Source of the DNA: Epiperipatus broadwayi
Taxonomy: Eukaryota; Animalia; Onychophora
NCBI GenBank assembly: GCA_028023455.1
Contig: JAQFVV010000002.1
Location: forward strand, 21,886,001 to 21,950,000
Reading direction: 5' to 3'
DNA: 64,000 nucleotides
The notes below the pieces were generated by a model. That model made no database searches and was not told where the DNA came from. It worked only from the letters and a program-made list of their open reading frames with translations. The position numbers and the translations under genes are program-made. Position 1 is the first letter of the stretch. Every line of letters starts with the position of its first letter. Positions 63,470-64,000 of the stretch are shown here, one piece after another.

Positions 63470-63510
63470 AATTACAGTTTCGACTATACCTTGCAGTCTT
63501 CAGCAGATCT
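63470..63510 (-). ncRNA. Decayed type I HHR, family D
   Basis: AGAU CUGCUGA A GACU-GCAAGGUAU-AGUC GAAA CUGUA^AUU; A6->C. Confidence 0.5.
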
Positions 63511-64000
63511 TATTCTCTTCTTTTAACTTTCTCTATCCTCCATTTTACTACAAATAATAATTAGATGTCTCCAATTTATTCTGTCATTTAATTACTGATC
63601 TATTGTATATTTTCATATAAAAAAGATAAAATAATGGATAAGAGAGAGAATAAAAAAAAAGATACATTGTTTTTTTTGAGTAATTGCATCTGGACTAAAG
63701 AGTTTAACTGTATAAATTTTTTAGCTTTTGTGGCTAAAAAAATTATTTCATGATCATCTTTGCCAGATATATGGAATCCAATGATCATTTGTTGATGCAA
63801 CCAGAAAATATGCATTGCTAATTATTAAAGTATGCCAACTCACCATAAACTATGTGAATTTCTTCTGGAAGCTTCCTTAGCTTGAACTTCAATGCCTAAC
63901 CCAGGATTAATGAAAAATGCCCATGGAAAATGTACGCCTCCATTTTATCTTTTTAAAAAATGGAACATTTGAAAGGAAACTAATTGACAGAGAAATCACA

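Noticed and set aside
63845-63948. Minus-strand exon ending in a GTGAGT donor (GVHFPWAFFINPGLGIEVQAKEASRRNSHSL)
   Set aside because: The best acceptor gives an immediate in-frame stop; unresolved without transcripts.
1-64000. CRISPR array, rRNA or prokaryotic operons
   Set aside because: No regularly spaced short repeats with unique spacers and no gene-dense coding; the content is eukaryotic TE-rich DNA.

Overview
Very AT-rich, repeat-dense eukaryotic (probably invertebrate animal) genomic DNA with one 500-N gap (56977-57476). There is no intact, nameable host gene, only a few low-confidence spliced exon candidates. Conventional decayed TEs include RTE, L1/Tx1, CR1-like and I-like LINE fragments, a Mag-type Gypsy LTR element (17.7-23.4 kb, minus) with related solo LTRs, a mariner fragment, a hAT-type MITE and a short tRNA-derived SINE. 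The main signal is a Penelope-like element (PLE; RT + GIY-YIG, 53.0-55.5 kb) surrounded by about 23 minimal type I hammerhead ribozyme (HHR) motifs, found by eye, in five sequence families. Two families sit in ~475-nt (A) and ~455-nt (B) non-coding tandem monomers that look like retrozymes, inserted with 8-15 bp target-site duplications and often as head-to-head fold-backs. A further family (E), found in the PLE 3' UTR and three other places, replaces the canonical C3-G8 core pair with A3-U8 (G3.U8 in one copy). Many long palindromes in the window may be products of the same machinery. Ribozyme activity is inferred from motif and pairing only and was not tested; all alignments and counts are manual.
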